A stretch of DNA of 64,000 nucleotides from Candidatus Kapaibacterium sp. (GTDB lineage: Bacteria > Bacteroidota > Ignavibacteria > Kapaibacteriales > Kapaibacteriaceae): contig JBIJAX010000004.1 of NCBI GenBank assembly GCA_044345485.1, forward strand, positions 4,144 to 68,143, given 5' to 3'. A program made the position numbers and the translations under genes. Position 1 is the first letter of the stretch. Each line of letters begins with the position of its first letter. Positions 46,387-57,549 of the stretch are shown piece after piece. The notes under the pieces were generated by a model. The model was not told the DNA's origin. It saw only the letters and a program-made list of their open reading frames with translations, and searched no databases.

Positions 46387-48221
46387 ATCTCCAGCGTAAT
46401 CAGGCTTGTTGGATGCAGGTCGCGCGCAAAATCCCGGTATTTGCGGAAACCAGTAGTGTCTTGTTTCCCGTCGAGGTTGTAGAACGCCATTGTTGCTAAG
46501 CCGCTAAGAACAGTTTCGCGTAATGCACTATCAAGGCGCTCACGCGGTGATTTCAGTGTGGCGACAACATCGGCTAGGCCATTGACAGCATCGCGTTGCG
46601 TAATGGCCATTCCCGGTTTGAACAAGCGTACGAGAGGGCCAGCGGGGATCTTCTCCCATCCAACGGCAAAGCCCGGTTCTTCGTTGAGGAGCTCAGGTGT
46701 GATGTATATGGGGCGGTTGGCGTTACGCTCGATGATCGCGTTGAGCATTAACACAAAGCGCTCTTGGATATCGCGACTCTTGCCAGATGCCATGAATTCA
46801 TCAGCATCTGACTCGAACTCCTGCAAGAGAGGCATATAGGAACTGATCTCCGCCGTGGCTCGTCCGATCGTGGCTGGATACAGCTGCTGAAGGTAGGGGG
46901 CGTACCATGTCCGTCGAAGCAGTTCTTTGTCGATAAGTGTGATGTCGGTGCGTACACGGGCTATCCGCTGTTCATACCACGCTGCCGAGCAGAAGTAATC
47001 CCATTGACGCGTGAAGATGATCGCGTTTGGTTCGGCATTGGCAAACACCCATTCGGTGTATCCTGAGACAGCTCTATGATGCGATTTATCGTTGTGTGAG
47101 AAATGCAGCACACATGCTACAAGGGGCAGTATCAGCACGCCAGGCTGAGTATGCTTCGGCATTCGTTGTAGCAGTGACCGAAGTCCAATCGATACAAACA
47201 CTGCTGCTACGATCATTGCCGGAAGAAAGTACGGGTCGATATCAGGTATGGCATATCCAAGTGAGATGCCGAGGTTGCCAACGAGTATGATGATCAATGC
47301 TAGTGCAAGCATGCCATGCTTGCGAATCATGTGCCCTACGCCCCATCCCAGAGGGATAAAGCCTACCCAGAGCATGTGGTTCGTAAGGAGCGCGCCGAAG
47401 ATCTGCCAATTGACTTTTACAGCCGCTTTGTCAGAGAACATCCATACGCCGAATTGCGTGCCCTTTACGTGATAGAGAAAGGCATCCCAGCTGCGATGCA
47501 CCATTCCCCAGTTGATCTCTGGAAGTTGAGCGCTCCGAAGTGGTAGGATGGCATACAGAGCCAGAGCGGCCAGGCCAGGCAAGACAAGAAGATGCCATCC
47601 GCGAAGCTTGTCTTCACGGTCTGCGGCAAGCCATAGGAGTGCGATGCCCGGCAGCACGAATACGCTGGATAGGTGATTGGCAACCATGGCCCCTGTAAAG
47701 AGTCCGGTAAGCATAGTCCATCGCGCAGCAGTCTCAGGTTTTGTAATGCTGTTTATCGATGTCAAAACCGCGAGAGACGTTAGCAACAGCTGAAGCGAAT
47801 ACACCTCGATTGACGTAGCCTGAGCCCATACGATACTGCTATAGGCAAACAACAGCGAAGCTGCTGCTGCGGAACATCGGGTTGCTACAGATGGGGTTTC
47901 TTCGTCAAAGAGATGCTGTAGCAGGTCGCGCTGCGCTAGGAAGAGTGCCCCGACGGCTCCAGCTGTCCACAATGCTGCAAGCACATTTAGTCCATGTACA
48001 CCTTGCCAGAGAAGCGTCCAGCAGTGCGTAATGAGCGTAAACAGCGGATATCCCGTAGGGTGGGCTACGCCGAACGTGTGTGCTGCGGCTGATAACTCAC
48101 CTGCATCGGTGTACATCAAACCTGGTGCACAGGTTGTGATGTAGACAGCAACGGTTACAGCGGAAACAAGAACAGCATCCAGCAGGTATCGTTGCAGGAT
48201 GCTGTTGCTACGGGTTGACAT
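46359..48221 (-). CDS. DUF2723 family integral membrane protein (putative glycosyltransferase)
   Basis: TTCAPGLMYTDAGELSAAAHTFGVAHPTGYPLFTLI signature, with many transmembrane helices and a soluble C-terminal domain. Confidence 0.85.
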   Translation of the reverse strand: MSTRSNSILQRYLLDAVLVSAVTVAVYITTCAPGLMYTDAGELSAAAHTFGVAHPTGYPLFTLITHCWTLLWQGVHGLNVLAALWTAGAVGALFLAQRDLLQHLFDEETPSVATRCSAAAASLLFAYSSIVWAQATSIEVYSLQLLLTSLAVLTSINSITKPETAARWTMLTGLFTGAMVANHLSSVFVLPGIALLWLAADREDKLRGWHLLVLPGLAALALYAILPLRSAQLPEINWGMVHRSWDAFLYHVKGTQFGVWMFSDKAAVKVNWQIFGALLTNHMLWVGFIPLGWGVGHMIRKHGMLALALIIILVGNLGISLGYAIPDIDPYFLPAMIVAAVFVSIGLRSLLQRMPKHTQPGVLILPLVACVLHFSHNDKSHHRAVSGYTEWVFANAEPNAIIFTRQWDYFCSAAWYEQRIARVRTDITLIDKELLRRTWYAPYLQQLYPATIGRATAEISSYMPLLQEFESDADEFMASGKSRDIQERFVLMLNAIIERNANRPIYITPELLNEEPGFAVGWEKIPAGPLVRLFKPGMAITQRDAVNGLADVVATLKSPRERLDSALRETVLSGLATMAFYNLDGKQDTTGFRKYRDFARDLHPTSLITLEMDRGLGTRD

Positions 48222-48242
48222 AACGTAGTTGCTTGCTGGACG

Positions 48243-48944
48243 TTATCGGATAACGGTTACCGGAGAACCTACCATTGAGCCATCTTGAAGCGTTATCACT
48301 AAACGGTATTGTCCAGCGGCAAGTCCTACAAGCGGCAGTGTTGTTGATTGTGACTGCGGCTGACCAAACGAACGAACGAGGTTGCCGTTTGTGTCATAGA
48401 GACCAATTGATGTTGCGTTGGAGAGGTTCGCCCCCTGAACAGAGAGAACATCCGATGTTGGCAGGGGCCCGAAGCGGAACCCAAGCTCCTCTGCATCTGT
48501 GATCGATGTGTTGTTGGATATCACAAACTGTGCTTCGAAGTTGAGCGCATCGGTAGTGTCTGTCTTATCAAAGAGTGTCACTTTGAGCGTGCTGTTACCT
48601 TCTGCTTTGTTGGTCGTAAGATCGATGTAAATCGGGAGCGTACCAGTTTCTGTAAGGATCTGACCTGGACGTAGGTATGGATCATCTTCGCCCGGGAACA
48701 GGAACCAGCACAGCGTGATACAGAGCTGAGCTTGGTGCTTTTCATTGATGCCCGAAAGATCGTAGCGGAAGTATAGCTCCTTCGCTTTTCCATTGCTGTT
48801 CTTGATTGTGCCGTCGCGTTTGTGCGAGGCAATCGATGGAGAACCTGTCACTGGATTCGGCTGCTTCCAGTCGATATAATACGTCTGAGCAGACGCACCG
48901 ATGGAGGCCATAACGAGGAGCAAAGCGAGAACATGACTTTTCAT
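48243..48944 (-). CDS. Hypothetical secreted protein with a T9SS C-terminal domain
   Basis: Signal peptide MKSHVLALLLVMASIGASAQ. The C-terminus ...GLYDTNGNLVRSF...AGQYRLVITLQDGSMVGSPVTVIR. Confidence 0.7.
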   Translation of the reverse strand: MKSHVLALLLVMASIGASAQTYYIDWKQPNPVTGSPSIASHKRDGTIKNSNGKAKELYFRYDLSGINEKHQAQLCITLCWFLFPGEDDPYLRPGQILTETGTLPIYIDLTTNKAEGNSTLKVTLFDKTDTTDALNFEAQFVISNNTSITDAEELGFRFGPLPTSDVLSVQGANLSNATSIGLYDTNGNLVRSFGQPQSQSTTLPLVGLAAGQYRLVITLQDGSMVGSPVTVIR

Positions 48945-49026
48945 AAATTGACGTCCTTACAAGTGATGGTGACTACAAACCTACCACTTACGGATGCATT
49001 TCTCGAAGCTCGAAGGGGAGATTTCC

Positions 49027-49530
49027 ATGAAAGTCTATATGAACGTTCTCATCGCTTTGCTGCTCTCATATGGAGTGGCTATGGCACAGGATAATCAGAC
49101 AACATCCTTGCCTTCTGTTAAGGTGAAGAACGTTGTTGGAAATCTCGTTAACACAGCCGATTTCGGAACCACTGGTAAGCCGGTAATTATCAGCTTCTGG
49201 GCTACATGGTGTAAGCCGTGTATACAGGAGCTACAGACATATCATGGGTTTTATCCAGAATGGCAGGAAAAGTACGGTGTATCGCTCGTAGCCGTTTCAA
49301 TTGATGATGCTCGTAATGCGTCCAAGGTAGCCCCCTTCATCAAGTCGCGAAACTGGACCTACGAAGTGCTCCTGGATATCAATCAAGAGTTTAAGCGTGC
49401 GATGAATGTCAATAACGTTCCGCACACATTCGTTGTGATGAACGGCAAGGTTGTGTTTTCGCACAGTGCATACTCGGCAGGGGACGAGGATGAGCTGGAA
49501 GAACTGCTGAAGAAGCTTACGGGGAAATAA
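49027..49530 (+). CDS. TlpA-like thioredoxin-fold disulfide reductase
   Basis: VIISFWATWCKPCIQE (WCxxC). Signal peptide MKVYMNVLIALLLSYGVAMAQ. Confidence 0.88.
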   Translation: MKVYMNVLIALLLSYGVAMAQDNQTTSLPSVKVKNVVGNLVNTADFGTTGKPVIISFWATWCKPCIQELQTYHGFYPEWQEKYGVSLVAVSIDDARNASKVAPFIKSRNWTYEVLLDINQEFKRAMNVNNVPHTFVVMNGKVVFSHSAYSAGDEDELEELLKKLTGK

Positions 49531-51206
49531 TGAAGACAACGCTACTATGCGTGTTCGCCTGCTGCGCCATGCTGCCGGCATGGGGACAAGGCAATTCATC
49601 TGATGATGCCGGAACGATAAGTGGCTCTCTGCAGTCCGATTTTCAGCAATACGGTAAAGACTCGTTGATTGGGGCCCCTGATGTTCCAGAGAAGATCCTT
49701 TCGAACACGTTTTTTAACCTGACGTATTCAAAAGGCAAGTTCTCTGCCGGTATTCGCTTTGAATCATACCAGGGGCCTCTGCTCGGTATAGATCCTCGCT
49801 ACGGAACATCTGGTGATGGTACAGGTATCGGTATGCCATACCGCTTTGCAAAGTTTGCCGACGACAATTTCGATGTAACGGCGGGTAACTTCTATGAGCA
49901 GTTTGGCTCGGGAATGATTCTTCGCACGTATGAAGAGCGCAACCTTGGCTTTGATAACTCTCTCGATGGCGTTCGTCTAAAGTATCGCCCAACCGCAGGC
50001 ATCGAAGTCACGGGGCTTGTTGGACGTCAACGCGCATTTTTCGGCCTAAGCGAGGGCATTATTCGCGGTGCAGACTTCAACCTCGATGTAAATCAGCTGG
50101 GAGATTCACTCCTGCCCGATGGCATGTTCTTAACACTTGGCGCGAGCGCTGTAAGCCGCTTTCAGGCCGACCAGCAAGATGTTCTCAAACTGCCCCAAAA
50201 CGTTATGGCGTGGTCTACGCGAGCAAATCTGCGCGTATCGGATTTCTCATTCGACGCAGAGTATGCGTATAAGATCAACGACCCCGGTGCAACGAATGCC
50301 AACTCGTTTAATCCAGGGAATGCTCTCTACGTAGCAACAGCCTATGGTGCATCTGGCATTGGGATAAATCTTGCTGCAAAGCGTATCGATAACATGGACA
50401 TGCGCAGCGATCGTGCAGCAACTGGATTTGCCCAACAAGTAAACTACTTGCCCGCGCTCACAAAGCAACACACGTTGCGTTTGATCACACTCTATCCATA
50501 CGCAACACAACCAACGGGTGAGTTTGCATTGCAGGGAGACGTGTCAATTACGATACCGAAGAATTCATTCTTGGGTTCCGAGGAAACGATGATCGCGTTG
50601 AATGGATCGCTGATCCATGGTCTTGATACAACGCGCACCGGACCCTACACGTATGATGTAAACTGGATGTGGGGCAAAGAATTGTACTATCGCGATGTTA
50701 ATGTTGAGATTCAGCGCAAGTTTGGTAAGGACTTTAAGGCAACTCTTACCTATGTAAATCTTGATTACAATCAGGATGTTATCGAGCGCAGATCAACACC
50801 AGGCGAAAAGATTTATGGTATCGTCAATGCCAACTTCGTCTGCCTTGAACTTTGGTTTAAGACATCGAAGACGCAAAGCTTGCGTACAGAATTTCAGTAT
50901 ATGGCCGTCACGCATGAAGAAGGGGCAAAGAAGGCCCTACAAAATGGTGATTGGATTATGGCACTTGCAGAGTATACGATAGCCCCCCACTGGTACTTCA
51001 CCGTGTTTGATGAATACAACTTTGGCAACTACGATCCGGCATTGCGCGTGCACTATCCTAATGCATCGGTTGCGTATTCAAAAGACGCTCTTCGCCTGCA
51101 AGCTGGATACGGGCGCGTGCGAGGTGGTATCCTCTGTGTTGGTGGCATATGCCGTCCGGTGCCTGCATCAAACGGTATGACGTTGAACGTAACGTACACA
51201 TTCTGA
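49530..51206 (+). CDS. Putative outer-membrane beta-barrel protein (DUF6029-like)
   Basis: It has a signal peptide, alternating beta-strand pattern and a terminal ...MTLNVTYTF. The TlpA-like and Omp28-like neighbours are typical of this family as I recall it. Confidence 0.6.
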   Translation: MKTTLLCVFACCAMLPAWGQGNSSDDAGTISGSLQSDFQQYGKDSLIGAPDVPEKILSNTFFNLTYSKGKFSAGIRFESYQGPLLGIDPRYGTSGDGTGIGMPYRFAKFADDNFDVTAGNFYEQFGSGMILRTYEERNLGFDNSLDGVRLKYRPTAGIEVTGLVGRQRAFFGLSEGIIRGADFNLDVNQLGDSLLPDGMFLTLGASAVSRFQADQQDVLKLPQNVMAWSTRANLRVSDFSFDAEYAYKINDPGATNANSFNPGNALYVATAYGASGIGINLAAKRIDNMDMRSDRAATGFAQQVNYLPALTKQHTLRLITLYPYATQPTGEFALQGDVSITIPKNSFLGSEETMIALNGSLIHGLDTTRTGPYTYDVNWMWGKELYYRDVNVEIQRKFGKDFKATLTYVNLDYNQDVIERRSTPGEKIYGIVNANFVCLELWFKTSKTQSLRTEFQYMAVTHEEGAKKALQNGDWIMALAEYTIAPHWYFTVFDEYNFGNYDPALRVHYPNASVAYSKDALRLQAGYGRVRGGILCVGGICRPVPASNGMTLNVTYTF

Positions 51207-51215
51207 CAACGAACC

Positions 51216-52112
51216 ATGAAGCAAAGCATCATCATCGCCAGCGTATTGTCTCTCGTTCTCATTTCGTGCGACGTTGTAAACGCCCCCTACGAAAAGAACC
51301 CAAAGGATCCGTCAGACACTCTGCTGAAAGATACCTCAACTGCAATAGTGCGCACGAATGGTCTTCAGCACATCCTCCTCGAAGACTACACAGGGCAGCT
51401 CTGTGGAAATTGTCCGGAGGCTGCTGATATCGCAGACAGGCTCTATAAGAACAATGGCGGACGTGTGATCGTGACTGCTATCCATGCCGGTTTGTTTGCA
51501 AAGAAAGAGCTTCCCGATTACGAATATGATTTTACCACGCCTACGGGTGATGCCCTCGATGCCGCATTTAAAATCAGTCGAGCTGGAAACCCAAATGGTA
51601 TGGTAAATAGAGTTACGATTAACAACCGCATTATTCAGGGTCATCCAACGTGGGAGACCGTTGTTGCGCAACAGCTTCTGCGCACACCGTCTCTTGATCT
51701 TGGCATGAGCCACACATACTATCCTGCAACAAAGACTCTGGTTGTAACGGTGCGCACCGAAGCTCTTGCAGACATTGATGCCCCGACCAATGTGTCGGTC
51801 TGGTTACAAGAGAACGATATTATCGCCGATCAAAAGGATTACCGTAAAACGCCTTCGCACATTACGGATTACAAATTCAGTCATGTACTCCGTGCCTCAT
51901 TGAATGGCACATGGGGCGACACACTTTCGAAAACCCCGTCGACTAGGGGCACGAAGTCAACAATGACCTTCCGATACACCGTGCCTGCAGACAAACTCAA
52001 CCCGGCAGATACACTGAACTACTGGAACTTGAAGAATTTCGAGATCGTTGCTTTTGCGCACAAAGCAAGTACGAACAAGGAAGTGCTGCAGGTAGTAAAG
52101 AAAAAGCTGTAA
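51216..52112 (+). CDS. Omp28-related outer membrane lipoprotein
   Basis: Lipobox LVLISCDV. Signature ILLEDYTGQLCGNCPEA. Confidence 0.75.
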   Translation: MKQSIIIASVLSLVLISCDVVNAPYEKNPKDPSDTLLKDTSTAIVRTNGLQHILLEDYTGQLCGNCPEAADIADRLYKNNGGRVIVTAIHAGLFAKKELPDYEYDFTTPTGDALDAAFKISRAGNPNGMVNRVTINNRIIQGHPTWETVVAQQLLRTPSLDLGMSHTYYPATKTLVVTVRTEALADIDAPTNVSVWLQENDIIADQKDYRKTPSHITDYKFSHVLRASLNGTWGDTLSKTPSTRGTKSTMTFRYTVPADKLNPADTLNYWNLKNFEIVAFAHKASTNKEVLQVVKKKL

Positions 52113-52159
52113 GGAACACGTCTTTCTCACGAGAATTCTCTCGTAAGCAAACGTCGCGA

Positions 52160-53218
52160 CTACGCCGCCTGTTCTTGTTCCGTTCTCTTTCTACGTCGCA
52201 GTAAGACGATACTCACGCCAACGGCGAGAACTGATACGCCAGATCCAAGAAGTATGTGATTTCGTCTACGTGACCTGAGATACTCTACAACTGAATCAGG
52301 CAGTGAAATGGAAGTCGATCCTGGAACAACAGTCGTTGAATCGCCCCGATAGGTAATGGTCATCGTTCGTCCCACGGCGTTGGGGTTGTAGTTATCCGTC
52401 TGGTAAATCACAGCATAGTATGCCTGGAGCCGTTGGTGGATTATCTTATACACGTTATCCAAATCTTTTGAGTTTCTTGCATAAAAGAACTGACCGTTTG
52501 TTTGCGTGGCCAGGGAAATCAATGGATACGTATCCACATCCCCGAGAGCTACAACATATACTGGTATTCTCGCCTGGTTTGCTTTGCTTATGACACTTCG
52601 AAGTGAGCGACGTGAGTTATTGTCAGTTCCATCTGTCAATGCAACAACAAGCTTTATACCACTGCCCTTTGCGGCAGTCTCTATGGCGCGATCAACTGCA
52701 TCGTAGAATGCTGTAATTCCATCGGCATAGATTCTTGAAACAACATTGATCAAAGAATCATGGTTGTTGGATAACGAGGTTGCAAAGTGTTGTATTGCCA
52801 TCTTTGCGTTTGTCAATGGGCCATGATTGTGTGTACGATTGCGATAGCCATAGTAACTCATCACATCGTTAGTCTTTGACGAAGAATGGTCCAACACTAA
52901 TGTAATGTTGAATGGAAACTGTCGGGATATAGTCTTGACAGATCGCACCTTGCATTGCATGCCGTCTTCTGTTACCTGCACATCGTTGATATCCAGGTTC
53001 CACATGGGCTCACCCGTAAATCTCTCTGCTCGCACAATCACCGATATCTGTGGGAACGAATCGATGCGTGTGCTAACGATGTCAAACTTTGCACTATCGG
53101 ATGATAGCATTCCGACTCTTGGTGCTCTATCCGCTTGCGCATGCAAAGCAACATGTGCGATCAGCATGCAGATGAAGATGCAAAGACCCTTGTACACATT
53201 GCCCCCTATCGTAATCAA
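52160..53218 (-). CDS. vWA-domain protein with a C-terminal membrane anchor
   Basis: Motifs ITLVLDHSSSK (MIDAS), GITAFYDAV and VALTDGTDNNS. The C-terminus has ILLGSGVSVLAVGVSIVLLRRRKR. Confidence 0.7.
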   Translation of the reverse strand: MITIGGNVYKGLCIFICMLIAHVALHAQADRAPRVGMLSSDSAKFDIVSTRIDSFPQISVIVRAERFTGEPMWNLDINDVQVTEDGMQCKVRSVKTISRQFPFNITLVLDHSSSKTNDVMSYYGYRNRTHNHGPLTNAKMAIQHFATSLSNNHDSLINVVSRIYADGITAFYDAVDRAIETAAKGSGIKLVVALTDGTDNNSRRSLRSVISKANQARIPVYVVALGDVDTYPLISLATQTNGQFFYARNSKDLDNVYKIIHQRLQAYYAVIYQTDNYNPNAVGRTMTITYRGDSTTVVPGSTSISLPDSVVEYLRSRRRNHILLGSGVSVLAVGVSIVLLRRRKRTEQEQAA

Positions 53219-53345
53219 GGCTCGTTAGCGAGCGTTTGAACTCGCTGCTTATCCACAAAGAGACTAAGTGAGCTCCCCGAGCGAATATCGCACGATAGAA
53301 TTTTGGGCAGATGTGATTAAAGTGGTAATTGCGGTGTTTCACGCA

Positions 53346-54497
53346 TCACCGATACGCCTTCATCACATTCTGACCTTTTCGTCGAAACAGATAGCCATAT
53401 CGAAATGGAAGTCCGGGACGTACTGTCGATGACTGGGCTATAGCCGAGTCGAGGTCTTCCTGATATAGCCAGGAGAACTGGCTGATCGGGCGTTCGTATC
53501 TACCGTAGAAGCGAAACTTCCACGATGAGTCAAATGCTGCATATGGTACGCCCGAATCATCCTGTAGTATCGAGAGACTATGTCGTAAAACATAGGCACG
53601 AATGAATGAAAACGCAGGATTATGCATGAGATACGATGCAGATTTTACGAAGGTATTGGATCGTGGAAGCTGGGCAAGCCATGAACGAAGCGCAGAGTTC
53701 TTTGGTAATGGGGTTCGCCCCATATAAACATTGTTACCAAGATTTGCTTCGATGTACGTAAGACGTTGAACGGGGCTCGCAGAGTCTTTGCGGAAATACA
53801 GGTCGTGCAGTACCTGTGAGCTATTCGTTGAATCATTCGACTGCACCTTGGTGCGATCGTATCCAAGAATGGTGTTGCCCATCTGTGATACAAAGAGCGA
53901 TATAAGTGGTACTGCACCATCAACAATCGTTTGTCGAATATCCTTGCGCATGGAATCGGTAATAAAGTATCCAACTCCATAGACGAGTCTTGTAGCCTTT
54001 ACAACCGACTGTAAGTATGTTGTTATGCTGTCGTGATGAAGTGCACGCAACTTGGGAATACTGCCTGCAGGCTCAGCAGCAATCATCACGTAGTGCTTTG
54101 CGTTTGGGTAGAGGGCAAGAACGTTGAGTGCATCAGGACCAGAGAAGGGGTAGAAAACAACATCTGATGATCCTTCCGCTGTAAGCTCAGAACTAGCCCA
54201 TGTGCGCATGCGGACAAGTTCGCCGTCTGCAAATCGTTTCATCCGTGCTTGCATTTCTTGCGCATGCCGCTCATGTCCCGGGAGAACTGTAAGGCCCGCA
54301 AGAATCCTTGCGAACGAATTGATCGTTGTATCTGCAGTTAACGGAACAAGAGTATCTGTAGCTGCAGTCTTGACTGTATCAAGAGTTGTATCTCGAACAA
54401 CTTTGCGAATCTGCTCAGTAGGGGGCTCCTGCTTGTAACATGATGTAAGAAGGATAAGCCCTGCACAAATGATGTTTACGCGTATGATATGATACAT
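53346..54497 (-). CDS. Hypothetical lipoprotein
   Basis: Lipobox LILLTSCYKQ. No recognised domain. Confidence 0.6.
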   Translation of the reverse strand: MYHIIRVNIICAGLILLTSCYKQEPPTEQIRKVVRDTTLDTVKTAATDTLVPLTADTTINSFARILAGLTVLPGHERHAQEMQARMKRFADGELVRMRTWASSELTAEGSSDVVFYPFSGPDALNVLALYPNAKHYVMIAAEPAGSIPKLRALHHDSITTYLQSVVKATRLVYGVGYFITDSMRKDIRQTIVDGAVPLISLFVSQMGNTILGYDRTKVQSNDSTNSSQVLHDLYFRKDSASPVQRLTYIEANLGNNVYMGRTPLPKNSALRSWLAQLPRSNTFVKSASYLMHNPAFSFIRAYVLRHSLSILQDDSGVPYAAFDSSWKFRFYGRYERPISQFSWLYQEDLDSAIAQSSTVRPGLPFRYGYLFRRKGQNVMKAYR

Positions 54498-54745
54498 GCC
54501 TGACGTGCGATGATGCTGAGTAAGTTCTTGTCAAATGCTCGAGTGATCAAGTTACGACTTTGAAATGAACAGTATACTGCACTGCAGTGTGGTCGGTATG
54601 CTACTACTCACAGGCCCTCGTGTACATCGGTCAATATGTACCGTTAACACACTAGCACTGAATCACTGGGCCAGTAGTAATATAGTAGTAGACAGATAGA
54701 AGCATCGATATTTCCCTGCATCTTTGGGGCTTCATTAGACGCGAT

Positions 54746-56029
54746 GTGCGAGGGGATGTGAAGTATCAGCTGCGTATGGCTACGTGGGTAGTTGTAGCCA
54801 ATATGATCGGAACAGGGATCTTTTCCAGCCTTGGATTCCAGCTTATCGGCATATCGGATTACTTTTCTATTGTGATGCTCTGGCTTGCAGGGGGTGTGAT
54901 CTCTCTGTGTGGCGCATACGTCTATAGTCGTCTAGCAGTGAATATGCCCGATGCAGTTGGAGAGTACCACTACCTCTCTCGTCTTGTACATCCAAGCGTA
55001 GGTTTCGTATCGTCATGGATTAGCATTACTCTTGGCTTTGCGGCACCAATTGCTCTGGTCATGAAAGCTATTTGCGCCTATCTACCGCAGCAGCTCTTCG
55101 GGATGTCGACTGAAGTATGGGCGCTGTTGCTGTTGTTCGGTGTCACAACTGTGCACGCTACATCATACCGCGCGAGTGGACGCTTTCACTCTGTGATAAC
55201 CATCTTTAAAATCGGGTTCCTGGCATTGTTTGCGTTGCTAGGATTTGTACTTGGCGGCGCCCACAGCACAACCTTTCTGCCGACGAGCACTTCACTATCC
55301 ACGATGAGTTCAACCGCGTTCGCAATCTCGCTCGTCTATGTTCTCTATACGTACAGCGGGTGGAATGCCTCTACATACCTAGCACGTGAGCTACCGAAAC
55401 CGGAGTATACCTTGCCGCGCTCGATGATCATCGGTACGCTCTTGGTTGCATCTCTGTATATTGCATTGAACATTATGTTCTTATATGCAGCTCCAGCCTC
55501 AGAACTTCGCGTTGCAGATATGAGTCAGCCGCGCGATTTGGCCGTTGTCGTTGCTCGCAGCATACTTCCAGGATCATTTCAAGGTGTTATCGCAGGTGTG
55601 GTGTGTCTTCTCTTCGTTTCATCGATGAGTTCTTTGATTCTTGCAGGACCACGCGTCACACTCGCCATAGCGGAGCAGTATCAGCAGCTGCGTATTCTTG
55701 CGCGGCGCAACGCGAGCGGCATACCGGTATTTGCAATCGTGTTACAGACACTCATTGCGGCCATTCTGTTCGTTACGAACACCTTTGATGCAACGATCAA
55801 GAACACGACGATGATGCTAACGCTGTCATCCATCATTACAGTTGCATCGATTCTAAAGATTGAAAAAAGGGGGCGTGTACTTATAGCTGCCGGAATATTC
55901 ATACTAGCAAATGTGTGGGTGTTGATTCACGTAGCTCTTGACTACCCTCCTTCGTTGATATGGACCGCATTGATAATGGGAATAGGAATGCTGGTGTATC
56001 GCAGCCTTAGGACGCAGCAGGCTATATGA
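54746..56029 (+). CDS. APC-family amino acid permease
   Basis: ATWVVVANMIGTGIFSS signature and about 12 hydrophobic helices. GTG start, uncertain. Confidence 0.8.
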   Translation: MRGDVKYQLRMATWVVVANMIGTGIFSSLGFQLIGISDYFSIVMLWLAGGVISLCGAYVYSRLAVNMPDAVGEYHYLSRLVHPSVGFVSSWISITLGFAAPIALVMKAICAYLPQQLFGMSTEVWALLLLFGVTTVHATSYRASGRFHSVITIFKIGFLALFALLGFVLGGAHSTTFLPTSTSLSTMSSTAFAISLVYVLYTYSGWNASTYLARELPKPEYTLPRSMIIGTLLVASLYIALNIMFLYAAPASELRVADMSQPRDLAVVVARSILPGSFQGVIAGVVCLLFVSSMSSLILAGPRVTLAIAEQYQQLRILARRNASGIPVFAIVLQTLIAAILFVTNTFDATIKNTTMMLTLSSIITVASILKIEKRGRVLIAAGIFILANVWVLIHVALDYPPSLIWTALIMGIGMLVYRSLRTQQAI

Positions 56030-57549
56030 GACTAGTGCAAATACTCGGACTGTGCATCTTGATTGCTTGTGAGCAGCAGCGACCAGCAGAGCCTGGTCAC
56101 AAGCGTGCTGCAGAGGTCAAGAAGATTGTTACCCGACCAAGTGTAACACGTCAGCCAAGCGCAGACCTTGTTGAATACAAGGTTGTTGTGTACGATACGC
56201 TCACCCCTGGCGTTGTTACGAATACGACGAATGTGTACGATTCTACATCGAACATTCTGGCGTTTCGAGGTTCTCAGTATCGAGATATGCCGCAAACAGG
56301 AGTCCTAGACTCAGTGCCTACACGTTTTGTGCTTGATTGGAAGTTCAATACGAATGCGGGGACGAAGGTTGAGTCGCAGGGACAGCGACGCAAAGCCTGG
56401 GGCGGTGGTGCGGGATGGACTGGACAACCTGTTGTTGTCTCATGGAATGGGAAGCCCCTTGAGTGCATCTTCGGATCAATGGATGGTAATGTCTACTCCC
56501 TAGACGTGGAGTCAGGGAGGCTACTTCGTCCACCCTTCGAAACAAGAAATCCAATCAAGGGCAGTGTAAGTGCCGATCCCGCGTATCCGGGTATGATATA
56601 TGTCGGACAGGGGATCCGGCACGAAAATCGTAGCGGTGCGCGCTGTGTAAATGTGTTTGATAGCGTACTCTATGCGTTTCATTCGGCCGATGATCGTGAT
56701 GCATATAGACGATGGGGCTTCTTTGACAGCAACCCAATCATTGTTGATGATTTCCTATTCTGGCCTGCAGAAAACGGGATCGTTTACAAGTTTCATCGCT
56801 CACCCACAGGGATAAGATTACATTCTAAACTTATCTACCGTGTAAAGGGGCAACGAGAACTCGGTATTGAAGCAAGTATGGCCGTTTATGGTACGGTAGG
56901 CATCATTGCAGATAACGGCGGGAGTATTGTGTGTATTGATCTAAGTACGTTACAGCCGCTATGGTATCGTGAGAATTCTGATGATACTGATGCAACACCT
57001 GTTGTCAGTATTGAGAATGATACTCCTTATGTCTACGTGGGATGCGAAGTAGACAAACAGGGCGATTCAGGAACAGCCTACGTTCGTAAGCTCTCGGCAC
57101 TGGATGGTCGACGTGTATGGGAAGACTCGCAGACCTGTTGGTCATATCGTGACTCGTTGCATGTACTCAATGGAGGGATGCTATCGACACCACTCTTGGG
57201 AAGAGGCCAGCAAAGCAATCTTGTCATCAGCACATTGTGCCGAGATCGAAAAGGCACAAATAGCGGACTACTCATCGCATACGATCGTTCGACGGGGAAA
57301 CGCGTGTACACCACGAGGCTTGGGTCCTATACGTGGTCATCACCTATCGCATACACTACGAAGGACGGACACATGTACATCTGCGTTGGTGATGTATCCG
57401 GGTGGCTCTATTTCATAGATGGAGCAAATGGAACAATCCTCTTTCGACAGCAGATCGGAAGTAATTTCGAAGCTTCTCCAGTACCAATAGGCAATGCATG
57501 CATCATCGCATCTCGCGGACAATCTATCTTCAAATGCTCGTTGCGCTAG
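56026..57549 (+). CDS. PQQ-like beta-propeller repeat lipoprotein
   Basis: Lipobox ILIACEQQ. Repeated ...DGNVYSLDVESGRLL, ...ALDGRRVWE and ...GWLYFIDGANGTILF blades. The start overlaps the permease stop (ATGA). Confidence 0.6.
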   Translation: MRLVQILGLCILIACEQQRPAEPGHKRAAEVKKIVTRPSVTRQPSADLVEYKVVVYDTLTPGVVTNTTNVYDSTSNILAFRGSQYRDMPQTGVLDSVPTRFVLDWKFNTNAGTKVESQGQRRKAWGGGAGWTGQPVVVSWNGKPLECIFGSMDGNVYSLDVESGRLLRPPFETRNPIKGSVSADPAYPGMIYVGQGIRHENRSGARCVNVFDSVLYAFHSADDRDAYRRWGFFDSNPIIVDDFLFWPAENGIVYKFHRSPTGIRLHSKLIYRVKGQRELGIEASMAVYGTVGIIADNGGSIVCIDLSTLQPLWYRENSDDTDATPVVSIENDTPYVYVGCEVDKQGDSGTAYVRKLSALDGRRVWEDSQTCWSYRDSLHVLNGGMLSTPLLGRGQQSNLVISTLCRDRKGTNSGLLIAYDRSTGKRVYTTRLGSYTWSSPIAYTTKDGHMYICVGDVSGWLYFIDGANGTILFRQQIGSNFEASPVPIGNACIIASRGQSIFKCSLR